DNA of 64,000 bases, from contig JBMRGM010000038.1 of NCBI GenBank assembly GCA_052327205.1, positions 11,904,001 to 11,968,000 on the forward strand. Direction: 5' to 3'. Each line of letters opens with the position of its first letter. Position 1 is the first letter of the stretch. The notes under the pieces were generated by a model. The model was not told the origin of the DNA, made no database searches, and was given only the letters and a program-made list of their open reading frames with translations. Shown here in pieces: positions 11,180-23,527 of this stretch. A program made the translations under genes and the position numbers. Origin of the DNA: Somniosus microcephalus. Taxonomy: Eukaryota.

Positions 11180-13490
11180 GGCAGGTCCCTCTACAATATT
11201 TGATTGCTACGGTACTGGGAGCCCTACAGAATGTGGAACTAAAGTTAAACCCTAGAAAGGTACAGGTAGGGAAGGACGAAGAAATCCACCTAGGATAGAT
11301 AATAACACAAGGGAAGAGACAAATGTCTGAAGTCAGATGGGAGGGGCTCTAGGACCAAGGGGAGCAGCACGCAATCACTGGATGCGTGCTTTGATTTATC
11401 ACAGTCCCGTACTTACAAGCAGCTAGAGATGGCAGCAGGAAGGGACCGCGCCAGAGAGGGGAGGGGGTCAAACAGGTATTAGGGCTATTTAATTATTGCC
11501 GGAACTTTATCCCAGAATATGCAGAAATGGCCCAGCCTATACAGGATTTGATCAAAGGGGGGAAACCATCCCAGCAGCTAGTGGACTGGGGCCCCGACCA
11601 AGAAACAGCTTTTGTAAAGTGAAACAAGCCCTCATAAGTGCTCCTGCCCTTGGATTACCAGACCAGAATAGGCCATTCCACATCTGTAACTACCACAGTA
11701 AGGATCATTACAATGGCAATGGACAGGGTAAAAGGGAAAGTCGGTTAGAAGGAAGCCTATCGGCTCAGGTAGCAGACTTGGTGGCTCTCACCAAAGCCCT
11801 GAGGTTAGCCAAAGGAAAAAGTGTTAACATATACAGATAGTCGGTATGCCTTTGGGGTGGTGCCTGATTACATGGTAGCCTGGAATAGGCGAGGATATAT
11901 CACATCAGGAGGAGGACCCATAAGACACGAGAATATAATCAAGGAATTAGTAGGAGCCTCTCTCCTATCCAAAGAGTGCGCAATAATAAATTAAAGCACA
12001 CAAGAAGATTACTGACCGACACCAACAGGGCAATGCATGTGCAGACGAGGCAGCTAAGCGGGCAGCTGAGATAGGGAATCTGACCAATGAAGCCCAAGTG
12101 TTCGTGTTTAGTTAAAATGTGAAAACACAACTGTCTTTTTCGATTGGGAATGTTTTTTTTAAGTTACGTGAAGTGACGCAATAATGCTTTGCTCCACCTT
12201 CAAAAGCCTGCAAAGGAGTTAACCCTTTCCACTGACAGCTGTTTAAGTTCACCAAGCAATAACTTCAGTATTACTGAATAAAATTTAAAGATATTGGACA
12301 TTATTAAATTTAAGTTTCTTAATGTTAAGTTAATATTTCCCCACTGTGATAGAAGGAACATTATGATTTGATAAGTGGAAGTTATCTTGTAAACTAATTG
12401 CAGCATCATCTCAAATGGCAGGAAGGCTGCTTGGGAGGCTGTCTTGTTACTCAAAGATAAATCTATACAGATAGTTAGAGATATGAGCCAGAACGCCGCA
12501 ACTATGATGGGAATGGAAGGAGAGGATCACTGTTGCTCCAGTGAAGAGGAATTAGAGTATGTAGACAAGATCAGGGAATTATCTTTGACGGAGGCAAACT
12601 TAGAGCTATATGTGGATGGGTCCCGTAAATATGTTAATGGAACACCATGAACCAGTTGGGCTGTGGTGAAGGGAGACGGCACCGTCCAGAGGGAAGAAAG
12701 ATCACCAGGGGATAGTTCAGCACAAGTTGCTGAGCTAACAGCGTTGACAGAGACATTAAAATTGGCAGAAGGAAAACGGGTAAACATTTATACCGATATC
12801 CGCTATGCTTTTGGCATAGTACATGATTATATGGCAGCCTGGAGTAGAAGGGGGTACATCGCCTAGGGGGGCAAACCTATACAGCATGAGCACTTAGTAA
12901 AGAAGTTGGTAGCCGCCTCAGGGTTATCCACTGAAACAGCAGTAGTAAAGGTAAAAGCCCATCAGCGAAGGAATTCCCCCACAGAAAAGGGAAATAGAGC
13001 CACAGATCATGCAGCCAGAAAAGTGGTAGAGAAACAGATTGCAGCGGCAAACAAGAGCAACACAGAACCAGCAACACAGCTAGACAAAGCTGCTATAACT
13101 GCATTGCCAGAGAATATAGACATATCCAAATTACATAAAGAAATATCCCAGGAGGAGAAACAGCTATGGGAGTGAGGGGGCGCAAGAGAAAGGTCGGGGG
13201 GATATGGAGTAAAGAGCAGCAAATATGTGCACCAAGCTGTGTAAAGCAAGAAGTAATGAAAATGTACCATGGTAGACAACACAGAGGTATATCCAATATG
13301 TCAAAGAACCTCCAGCGATGCTGGTGGTGGCTTAGAATGAAACAAGCTATGGACAGATTCTGTAGACATTGCCCCATATGTGCGCAATATAACATAGGGA
13401 AACCCATCAAGGAAAAGTGGGGACATCAGCCGAGACCAAGAGGCCCATGAGAGAAGTTACAGATAGATTTTACTGGACCTCTTCGGGCTA
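11180..13490 (+). pseudogene. pol: Degenerate ERV pol (RT thumb, two RNase H blocks, integrase HHCC and start of core)
   Basis: Motifs GLFNYCRNFIP, KQALISAPALGLPD, LYVDGS, SAQVAEL, VNIYTD-RYAFG, H-x3-H...CRHCPICAQYN, LQIDFTGP; many stops and frameshifts; no 3' LTR. Confidence 0.9.
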
Positions 13491-13565
13491 GTCCCAGCCC
13501 AAGCTCGAACCAAGGAACTTTTACACGTGTAAAGCGAACGTGATAACCACTACACTATGGTAACC
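13491..13565 (-). pseudogene. tRNA-Val(TAC) pseudogene
   Basis: Val body with ttTACac loop, extra bases and mismatched stems. Confidence 0.8.
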
Positions 13566-13638
13566 GCTATGTACATATTATCAACCGAGAGGAACTGACA
13601 CTGTGCTGATTGGTTCACCTTAAGCAGCATCACTCAAT

Positions 13639-14404
13639 GGGCCAGAAATTCGGGTCGGGGGGCTTCCTGGGGGTGCAAGCCCCCGACGTGCACTTACCTT
13701 GCGTGCCAGCCGTTGAGCTGTAGGACCCTGTGGAATTCTGATCCTAGGCCTGCTCCAACAGCCGGCGCGCAGTGCTTGCGTATCCTAGGGGCACAGTTAG
13801 TTGGATGCGGCCCCTGGGATCACGTAGGCCATGGGGAGCCAATCGGAGCAGGGAATGCTCCATTCATAAGATTGACAGGCAGAGCTGTCAAAACTTATAA
13901 ATACTACTGGCCCCTAAACATTACTAAATCTTCAAATACAATTTTTTAAAAATCACATTTTTTCAATAAACTATAAATTACATGAAATAACTATTTTAAA
14001 CAATAATTTAAATTTTTCAAACAATTAATTACATTTTCTAACGGGGCTAAATATTACCTTACCGTTCTTTAAAGTATTTAAAAATAATAAACCTGTGGAA
14101 AAAATGTTTTAATTTTAATTAATTTTCCACTTACCTTGTAAAAAGCGGGCCTTACGCCTGCTTTTTACATGTCTAACTTCTGGACACTTGGCCTCCTGGG
14201 AAAACCTGCAAAGAAAACCGAAGTTTGATGCGCATGCGCAGCCTCTTCCGTGCACGGGTTCGACCTCTGAACCCCTTCTTTCAGGGGAACGGAAGTACCG
14301 GTTTCCCGCGCATGCGCAGTGCATGCATGAAACCGGCACTTCCATTGGGCTTACGGGTGAGTACCCCGTGTGTACTCAGCCGTGGAGACCCGAATTTCTG
14401 GGGC
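13639..14404. mobile_element. PIF/Harbinger-type MITE
   Basis: TIR GGGCCAGAAATTCGGGTC / GACCCGAATTTCTGGGGC and AAT duplication; empty site cactcAATataaa present in other units. Confidence 0.9.
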
Positions 14405-14669
14405 AATATAAACGGTGAACTCCCAAATAACAGGCGCAGTGCAGTCTGGTCAACGTCAAACCCTCCTTTCTTATTCAGCACAGGAAGAAGAGACTTGAAC
14501 GGGAATCAGACGCCACAAACGTTAATAAAGGCACAAATACGAGTAACACATACTTCCAAATCGTTTCACTGAAAAATTATTTCACTTGGTGTAAGTTCAA
14601 TCTGAAAATGAGCACCATGGGCTATTTTTCTCACGATTGATTCTATGCTCTGTGAGTACCAACGAAGAG

Positions 14670-14741
14670 GTTTCCGTAGTGTAGTGGTTATCACGTTTCC
14701 CCTACACAAGCAAGGCTTCTCGTTCGAGCCTGGCGGAAACA
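14670..14741 (+). pseudogene. tRNA-Val (CAC position of unit) pseudogene
   Basis: gtttccgtagtgtagtggttatcacg...gttcgagcctggcggaaaca; anticodon arm disrupted. Confidence 0.8.
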
Positions 14742-15021
14742 TTCCATTTCTCAGGATTTTATTCTGTGCAGTGACCAGTCCTGTTAATTTTAACAAAAGT
14801 TCCCCCATATTTCTGCTTTCATAAGCAATGAACATTTTAAACAAGACTACTAAAATAAGTTGTTTAACATGAGATATGGGTAACAGATCATCACATAGAA
14901 AGGGCAAAATGCGTTATTGAAGTGTGTTGCGCCTTTCTTTCATTCTGTAAATTATGGTAATCGTTTACTTAATGGTGATTGTAAAAAATTCAACTGCATG
15001 TCCAATAGTGGCGACAAAATG

Positions 15022-15105
15022 AGGACTCATTTGTGACTTGAACTGCGGATTTCTCGGAAATTTAAACAACCACCGATGCGAAAATCGGACGCCGAGAACG
15101 CCAGT
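15022..15105 (-). pseudogene. tRNA-Pro(CGG)-like pseudogene with intron-like insert
   Basis: Degenerate homologue of 24897-24976 and 58251-58325. Confidence 0.5.
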
Positions 15106-15785
15106 TCAAACCTAGCCGAGTGAGGAGGTAACCATTGTAAAACCATTTAGTATGTGGCTATTCTAAATGAGCTGTTAGGACGTTAATGTATCCAGGCTGC
15201 AGGAGGCCACCCCAGGCGCAGCAGAGGAGTCTCTGCATTAGTTCTGCGAGGAAACAGTACTTTTCTCTTCTCTCTTCCTCTTCTCTATATCCCTGTGTTT
15301 TGATTTCTATAGTTATTCCCCCTGTCTCAGTTTCCTGAATCATAACACGGTGCTGTCATTTTTGGAGATGCATTTACTTTGATATTTATTGAAAGGACAC
15401 CCAGACGGACTGATTGAAACTGCAATTTGAATCCTGTCGCTGACCCTGTGTTTTCCGCTTAATCTGTGTTGTTCTGCTTCCACATTCTCAATGAGAAAGT
15501 TCAGAGCCTCAATTTTTAAATAAAGGCCCACCTCTTCAAATAGTGACACCGAGCGGGAGATTCCCTAAATCAGCGACACATTTCCCCAAATCCTCCTTAC
15601 AGTACCACAAGCCAAACTGTGTCCTATATGGGAAATATAAATGAGAATTACTTCACTCACTGTGACGCTGCCATTTGAATGGCATAATTCGCCTGATAAT
15701 GCCTATTTTATTTATACTTAAACAAACATGTAAATTATTGCAGTTTTCATATTTACTAATCTTGAATGGAGAAAAGGCATTAAAT

Positions 15786-15850
15786 TGCCTCCACCCACTT
15801 TCGAACCGTTGAGTTTCCGTGTGTTAGCAGAATGCGATAACCACAACACA
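15786..15850 (-). pseudogene. tRNA-Val(AAC) pseudogene, 5' truncated
   Basis: Reverse complement ggttatcgcattctgctAACacacggaaactcaacggttcgaaag. Confidence 0.7.
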
Positions 15851-16334
15851 CCCAACAAAAATCTATCGACACTAGCGGCAATCTTGAGCCTGAAACCAGC
15901 TGCACTCCTGGATCCAGAGAGAAATGGCTTGTTACTGACGGTAAACCTGCAGATTAATGAATTACATTTCTGAACTTCAGGGCTTCAGAGATTCCAGGGT
16001 TTAAAAGGGAACAAAAGATGAAATGGGCCTCACTTTGGATCACCTTACTCTCACTGAAAGGTATCTGATTAGTGAAGTGAAATAAAGAACAATTAAAAAG
16101 CCGCTGTAGCCCTATTAACAGGAGAATAAATTACCCATACATCTCTCTCGTTTCCCAGCTCTAACGAAGGGTAATCGACTTGAAAGGTTCACTGTGTATC
16201 TTTATCCACAGATACTGCCTAAACTCCTGAGAATTTCCCGTTTCTCCTTCAGATATATAGAATTTGCAGTAACTTTCTTCTGTCATTTGGAATGAGCCCG
16301 CTGGTTGTTCATCCACAGCAAGTTTAATCAATAA

Positions 16335-16403
16335 TGTTACCGCCCAGAATCGAACCAGAAACTTTTCGCAAAGCGAACGTGATATCCATTACTCTACAGG
16401 AAC
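16335..16403 (-). pseudogene. tRNA-Val(TAC-position) pseudogene, anticodon loop deleted
   Basis: Val body with shortened anticodon loop. Confidence 0.75.
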
Positions 16404-16758
16404 TACTTTGTGCACCCCTTCAACACAGGGGAACTGATCAGTGAACTCCCTCTGCTGATTGGTTCACCTTAAACAGCATCACTCAATATAAAGGATGAGC
16501 TCACAAAATCAGCCGCAGTGCAGTCTGGTCAACGACAGCCCTCCTTTCTTTATCAACAGAGGAAGAACAGACATGAACCGGAGTCAGACGCCACAAACTT
16601 TAAGTAAAGGCACAAATACGAGTAACACATACTTCCAAATCATTTCACTGAAACATTTTTCACTTGATGTAAAAGCTGACCACGTTGGATCTGAAAATGA
16701 GCACCATGGGATATTTTGTTCACTATTGATTCTATACTCGGTGAGCAGTGAAGCAAAG

Positions 16759-16831
16759 TCTTCTGTAGTGTAACGGTTATCACTTTTGCTTTGCACGCAA
16801 AAAGTCTCAGGTTCGAGCCCGGGTGGAAACA
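16759..16831 (+). pseudogene. tRNA-Val-body pseudogene with TGC anticodon
   Basis: 73 nt; tttgc-ttTGCac-gcaaa arm, intact gttcgagc; acceptor stem mismatched. Confidence 0.75.
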
Positions 16832-17111
16832 TTCCATTTGCCAGGATTTTATGCTGTGCAGTGACCAGTCCTGTTAATTTTAACAAAAGTTTCCCCAGAT
16901 TTCTGGTGTCATAAGCAACGAACATTTTAAATCGGACTCCTAAAATACAATGTGTAAAATGAGATATGGGTAACAGTTCATTACATACAAAGGACAAAAT
17001 GCGTTATTGGAGTCTTTTTCGCCTTTCTGTCATCCTGTAATTTATGGTAACCGGTTATTTAATGGTGATTGTTAAAGATTCAACTGCAGTTCCAATAGTG
17101 GCCGCAAAATT

Positions 17112-17195
17112 AGGGACAGTTTTTGATTTGAACTGCGGACGTCACGGAAATTTAAACAACCACCGAAGAGAAAATTGGACCTCGAGAACGCTGGT
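17112..17195 (-). pseudogene. tRNA-Pro(CGG)-like pseudogene with intron-like insert
   Basis: Homologous position and sequence (ggaaatttaaacaaccaccgaag). Confidence 0.5.
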
Positions 17196-17858
17196 TCAAA
17201 CCTAGCCGTGTGATGAGGTAACTATTGTATAACCATTTTCTGTATGTGGCTATTCTTAATGAGCTGTTAGGTCGTTAATGTATCCGGGCTGCAGGAGGCC
17301 ACCCCAGGCGCAGCAGAGGAGTCAGTATTTTTCCCCTCCTCTGTTCCTCTTGTCTATATCCCTGTGCTTTTATTTTCGTATTTATTCCCCGTGTCTCAAT
17401 TTCTTGAAATATAACATGGTGGGGACATTTTAAGAGACGCGATTTCTATGTTACTTATTGAAAGGAGACGCAGACGGAACGACTGAAACTGCAATTTGAA
17501 TCCGGTCACTGACCCTGTGCTTTTCTATTAATCTGTGTTGTTCTGCTTCCACATTCTCAATGAGAAAGTTCCGAGCCTCAATTTTTAAATAAATTAAGTC
17601 CCACCTCTTCAAGGAGCGACACGCGAGCCGGAGATTCCCTAAATCAGCGCCAACATTCCCCAAATCCTCCTTACAGTACCGCAACCAAAACTGTGTCCTA
17701 TATGGGAAATATCATTGAGAATTACTTCGCTCACTGTAACGCTGCCATTTGAGTGGCATAATTCGCCTGTCAATGCGTATTTTATTTATACTGAACCAAA
17801 AATGCAAATTATTCCAGTTTTCATATTTACTAAACCTGAATGGAGTAAGGCATCAATT

Positions 17859-17931
17859 TGCTTCCACCCACTTTCGAACCGTTGAGTTTTCGTGTGTTGG
17901 CGGAATGCGATAACCACTACACACCGGAAAC
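17859..17931 (-). pseudogene. tRNA-Val(AAC) pseudogene
   Basis: 73 nt, gtttccggtgtgtagtggttatcgc...cAACac...ggttcgaaag; T stem and acceptor mismatched. Confidence 0.75.
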
Positions 17932-18567
17932 TCTCCAGCACTCGGTGCATTGCATTGCATCGACTCAATAGGAACAGGAGGAGGCCATTCAGCCCCTGGA
18001 GCCTGCTCCGTCATCAAATTATATCAGGACTGGTCTGTATCTTCACTCCATTTACCCGCTTTGTTTCCATAACCCTTAATATCCTTAGCCAACAAAATTC
18101 TATCGACAGTAGCGGCAATCTTGAGCCTGAAACCAGCTGCACTCCCGGATCCAGACAGAAAAGGCTTCTTACTGACGGCCACCCTGCAGATGAATGGATT
18201 ACATTTCTGAACTTCAGGGCATCAGAGATTCCAGGGATTAAAAGGGAACAAAAGATGAAATGGGCCTTCGTCTGCGTCAGATTTCTCTCACTCAAAAGTA
18301 TCTGATTAGTGAAGTGAAATAAAGAAAAAATAAAGAATAAGAAAGAAGCCGCTGTTGCCCTATTGACAAGAGAATAATCTCACCATACATCTCTCCCGTT
18401 TCCCAGTTCTAACGATGGGTAATTGACTTGAACGGTTCACTTTCTACCTTTATCCACAGATACTGCCTAACCTCTTGACAATTTCCAGCATTTTTCGTTT
18501 TTTATTTCAGATTTACAGTAATTATCTTTGTCATTTGGAATTTCATCCGCTGCAAGTTTAAACATAA

Positions 18568-18640
18568 TGTTCCCGTCCGGGCTCGAACCGGAGACTTTTC
18601 GCGTGCAAAGCGAATGTGATAACCACTACACTACAGGAAC
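18568..18640 (-). tRNA. Structurally intact Val-body tRNA with TGC anticodon
   Basis: 73 nt; acceptor gttcctg/cgggaac + A73, anticodon arm ttcgc-ttTGCac-gcgaa, T arm tccgg-ttcgagc-ccgga, intact A and B boxes. Confidence 0.85.
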
Positions 18641-18998
18641 CGCTGCATGCCTTATTTTCAGCACAGGGGAACTGACCAGTGAACTCCCTCTGTGCTGATT
18701 GGTTCACTTTAAACAGCATCACTCAATATAAAGGATGAGCTCACAAAATCAGCCGCAGTGCAGTCTGGTCAACGACAGCCCTCCTTTCTTTATCAACAGA
18801 GGAAGAACAGACATGAACGGGAGTCAGACGCCACAACATTTAATTAGAGGCACAAATACGAGTAACACATACTTCCACATCATTTCACTAAAAAATGATT
18901 TCACTTGATGTAAACGTTGACTGCATTGAATCTGAAAATGAGCACCGTTTGATGTTTTGTTCACTACTGATTCTATTATCTGCGAGCAGTGACGCAGA

Positions 18999-19071
18999 GT
19001 TTTTCGTAGTGTAGCGGTTGTCACGTTCACCTCAGACGCGACAAGTACCCGCTTCGACTGCTGGCGGAAAA
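18999..19071 (+). pseudogene. tRNA-Val(CAC-derived, now CAG) pseudogene
   Basis: gtttttcgtagtgtagcggttgtcacgttcacctCAGacgcg; B box damaged. Confidence 0.75.
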
Positions 19072-19347
19072 GTTACATTCGCCAGCAGTTTATGCTATGC
19101 ATTGACCAATCCTGTTAATTCAAAAAAAAGTTGCCCCAGATTTCTGCTTCCATAAGCAATGAATATTTTAAACGAGGCTCCTAAAATACAATGTGCAAAA
19201 TGAAATATGGTTAACAGTTCATTACTTACAAAAGGCAAAATGCGTTATTGAAGTGTGTTTCTCCTTTCTTTCATTCTGTAAATTATGGTAATCGGTTATT
19301 TAATGGTGATTGCAAAAGATTCAACTTCCAATAGTGGCGGCAAAACG

Positions 19348-19430
19348 AGCGCTCGTTTGTGATTTGAACCGCGGACTTCTCGGAAATTTAAACAACCACC
19401 GCAGTGAAAATCGGACCCCGAGAACGCTGG
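19348..19430 (-). pseudogene. tRNA-Pro-like pseudogene with intron-like insert
   Basis: Reverse complement ...ccgagaagtccgcggttcaaatcacaaacgagcgc (Pro T arm and 3' acceptor). Confidence 0.6.
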
Positions 19431-19820
19431 TTCAAACCTAGCTGAGTGATAAGGTAACTATTGTATAACCATTTTCTGTATGTGTCTATTAATCTGTGTT
19501 GTTCTGCTTCCACATTCTCAGTGTGAAAGTTCCGAGCCTCAATATTTAAATAAAATAAGTCCCACCTCTTCAAGGGGCGACATTCAATCCGCAGATTCCC
19601 TAAATCAGCGCCAACTTTCCCCAAATCCTCCTTACAGTACCGCAACCAAAACTGTGTCCTTTATGGGAAATATCATTGAGAATTACTTCACTCACTGTGA
19701 CGCTGCCATTTGAATGGCTTAATTCGCCCGCCAAAGCCTATTTTATTTATACTGAACCAAACATGCAAATTATTCCAGTTTTCATATTTACTAAACTTGA
19801 ATGGAGAAAAGGCATTAAAT

Positions 19821-19893
19821 TGCCTCCACCCACTTTCGAACCGTTAAATGTTCATGTTTTGGCGGAATGCGATAAACAATACCCACCAGAAAC
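19821..19893 (-). pseudogene. tRNA-Val(AAC-position) pseudogene
   Basis: Degenerate homologue of 17859-17931. Confidence 0.65.
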
Positions 19894-19977
19894 TTTCCAG
19901 CACTCGGTGCATTGCATTGCAGCGACTCCATAGGAAAAGGCGGAGGCCATTCAGCCCCTCGAGCCTGTTGCGCCATT

Positions 19978-21950
19978 CATAGAAACATAGAAGATAGGAG
20001 CAGGAGTAGGCCATTCGGCACTTCGAGCCTGCACCACCATTCAATGTGATCATGGCTGATCATCCAATTTATGTACCCGGTCCCTGCTTTCTCCCCATAC
20101 CCCTGGATACCTTTAGCCTTAAGAAATATATCCAACTCCTTCTTGAATATATTTACTGAATTGGCTTCTACTACCTTCTGCGGTCGAGAATTCCACAGGT
20201 TCACCACTCTCTGGGAGAAGAAATTTCTCCTAATTTTTGTCCAAAATGGCCGACAACTTATCCTTCAACTGTGACCCCTGGTTCTGGACTCCCCGACCAT
20301 CGGGAATGTCATTCCTGCATCTAGTCTGTACAGTCCTGTCAGAATTTTATAAGTTTCAATGAGATACCCTCCCATTCTTCTAAACTCCAGCGAGTACAAG
20401 CCTAATCGACCCAATCTCTCCTCATACGTCATTCTTGGTATCAGCCTGGTGAATGTTCACTGAACTCCTTCCATGGCAAGAACATCCTTCCTCAGATAAG
20501 GTGACCAAAAGTGCACACAATACTCAAGATGTGGCCTCACCAAGGCCCTATACAACTGCAGCAAGACATCCTTGTTCTTGTACTCAAACCCTCTCGCTAT
20601 GAAAGCCAACATACCATTTGCCTTCTTAACCACCTGCTGCACCTGCATGCTTACCTTCAGCGACTGGTGCACCAGGACACCCAGGTCTCGTTGCACTTCT
20701 CCTTCTCCCAATCTTTTGCCGTTCATATAATAATCTGCCTTCCTGTTTTTGCCACCAAAATGGATAACCTCGCATTTTTCCACGTTATATTGCATCTGCC
20801 ATGCTTTTGCCCAATCACCCAACCTGTCCAAATCATCCTGGATTTTCTCAGCATCCTCTTCACAGCACACACGCTCACCCAGCTTTGTGTCGTCTGCAAA
20901 TTTGGAGATGTCACATCTAGCTCCCTTATCTAGATCATTAATATATATTGTGAATAGCTTGGGTCCAAGGACCGATCCCTGTGGTACCCCAAAGTCACTG
21001 CCTGCTACTCGGAAAAAGACCCATTTATTCCAACACTTTGCTTTCTGTCTGCCAACCAGTTATCTATCCAAGTCAATACCTTGCCCCCAATCCCATGTGC
21101 CTTAAATTTACACGCTAATCTCTTATGCGGGACCTTATCAAAAGCCTTCTGAAAGTCCAAATACACCACATCCACTCGTTGTCCCTTATCTATTTTACCA
21201 GTTACATCCTCAAAAAATTCCAGCTGATTAGTCAAGCACGATTTACCTTTTGTAAAATCATTTTGACTTTGTCCGATCCCGTCACTGTTTTCCAAGTGCT
21301 CTGTTTTACATCTTTTATAACGGACGGCAGCATTTTCCCCACCACCGATGTCAGGCTTACCGGTCTGTAATTCCCCATTTCCTCTCTACCACCTTTTCAG
21401 AATAGTGGGGTAACATTAGCTACCATTCAAACCATGGGTATTGTTCCAGATTCCATCGAATGTTGGAAGATGTTCAGCAATGCATCTACTATTTCTAGGG
21501 CCACTTCCTTAAGTACCCTAGGATGTAGATTATCAGGCCCTGGGGATTTAACCGCATTCAATCCCATCAATTTCCCTAACACCATTTCCCTACAAATACT
21601 GATTTATTTCAGTTCCTCACTTTCATCAGACCCTATGTTCCCCGACATCTCTGGGAGGTTACTTGTGTCCTCCTTTGTGAAGACAGAACCAAAATATGTA
21701 TATAATTGGTCTGTCATTTCTTTGTTTCCCATTATAAATACCCCTGATACTGACTGCAAAGGTCCCACGCTTGACGTCACCAATCTTTTTCTCTTCACAT
21801 ATCTATAAAAGCTTTTACAGTCACTTTTTATGTTCCCCTCAAGCTCGCTCTCATATTCAATTTTCCCCTTATTAATTAATCCCTTGGTCCTCCTTCGTTG
21901 AATCCTAAACTGCTCCCAATCCTCAGGTTTACTGCTTTTTCTGGCCAATT
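19978..21950 (-). mobile_element. CR1 LINE, 5' truncated, ORF2 (RT) disrupted
   Basis: ORF pieces DVVYLDFQKAFDKVPH and LVRPHLEYCVHFWSP; catagaaacatagaa tail. Confidence 0.95.
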
Positions 21951-22544
21951 TAATTAGATCCGGACTGGTCTCTACCTTCCCTTCATTTACCCACTTTGGT
22001 TCCGTAACTCTTAATACCCCTAGCCAACAAAATTCTATCGACAGTAGCGGCAATTTTGAGCCTGAAACCAGCTGCACCCCCGGATCCAGACAGAAAAGGT
22101 TTCTTACTGACGGCCACCCTTCAGATTAAAGAATTACATTTCTGAATTTCAGGGCGTCAGAGATTCCAGGGTTTAAAAGGGAGCAAAAGGTGAAATGCGC
22201 CTCACTGTGGGTCAGTTTTCTCTCACTCAAAGCTATCTGATTAGTGAAGTGAAATGAAGAAAAATTAAAGAATATGAGAGAAGCCGCTGTAGCCCTATTG
22301 ACAAGAGAATAATCCCACCATACATCTCTCCCGTTTCCCAGTTCTAACGATGGGTAATTGACGTGAAAGATTCACTCTGTCTCTTTATTCACAGATACTG
22401 CCTGACCTCTTGATAATTTCCAGCATTTTCCGTTTTTTATTTCAGACTTAGAGCATTTGCAGTAATTTTATTTTCTCATCTCATTTCATTTTGAATAAAC
22501 CCGCTGGTTTAGTAAGTTTAAACATAATGTTCCCGCCCGGGTTC

Positions 22545-22738
22545 CTTCCCTGTTGCTGGGCCAAAATCCTGGTACTCCCTTCCTAACAGCATTGTGGGTG
22601 CACCTTCACCATATGGACTGCAGAGGTTCAAGAAGGCGGCTCACCGCCATCTTCTCAAGGGCAATTAGGGATGGGAACAAAATGCAGGCCTAGCCAGCGA
22701 CGCCCACATCCCATCAATGAATAATAAAAAAAAAAAAA
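22545..22738 (+). mobile_element. LINE 3' end (CR1/L2-group) with poly(A)
   Basis: ggactgcagaggttcaagaaggcggctcacc...aatgaataataaaaaaaa; inserted in the T loop of a Val gene. Confidence 0.75.
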
Positions 22739-22773
22739 CGCTGGCTGTTCATCCACAGCAAGTTTAAACATAA

Positions 22774-22851
22774 CGTTCCCGCCCGGGTTCGAACTGGGGA
22801 CCTTTAACCAGTGTAAAGTGAATGTGATAACCATTACACTACTGCGGGAAG
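22774..22851 (-). pseudogene. tRNA-Val(TAC) pseudogene
   Basis: Val body with ttTACac, small insertions. Confidence 0.75.
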
Positions 22852-22971
22852 CACGATGTACAACCCTGCTACACAGTGGAACTGACCAGTGAACTCCCTC
22901 TGTGCTGATTGGTTCACTTTAAACAGCATCACTCAATCTAAAGGAGGAGCTCACAAAATCAGCCGCAGTGC

Positions 22972-23527
22972 AGTGGAGAGTATTCCATCACACTCCTGAC
23001 TTGTGCCTTGTAGATGGTGGAAAGGCTTTGGGGAGTCAGGAGGTGAGACATTCGCCGCAGAATTCCCAGCCTCTGGCCTGTTATTGTAGCCACAGTATTT
23101 ATATGGCTGGTCCAGTTCAGTTTCTGATCAATGGTTACCCCCAGGATGTTGATAGTGGGGGATTCAGCGATGGTAATGCCATTGACTGTCAAGGGGAGAT
23201 GGTTAGAGTCTCGCTTGTTGGAGATGGTCATTGCCTAGCACTTGTGTGGTGCGAATGTTACTTGCCACTTGCCAGCCAAGTCTGAATGTTGTCCAGGTCT
23301 TGCTGCATATGGACACAGACTGCGTCAGTATCTGACGAGTCTTGAATGGTGCTGAACAGTGTGCAATCATCAGTGAACATCCCCACTTCTGGCCTTATGA
23401 TGGAGGGAAGGTCATTGATGAAACAGCTGAAGATGGTTGGGCCTAGGACGCTGTCCTGAGGAACTCCTGTAGTGATATCATGTGATTGAGATGAATGACC
23501 TCCAATAACCGCAGCCAACTTCCTTTG
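22972..23527 (-). mobile_element. Internal RT fragment of a CR1/L2-group LINE replacing part of a unit
   Basis: GVPQDSVLGPTIFSCFINDL...MFTDD and YKAQVRSVMEYS; no tail; more than 1 kb of unit sequence missing here. Confidence 0.85.

Noticed and set aside
18690-18900. Histone gene downstream of the CCAAT/TATA module
   Set aside because: No histone-like translation or 3' stem-loop found
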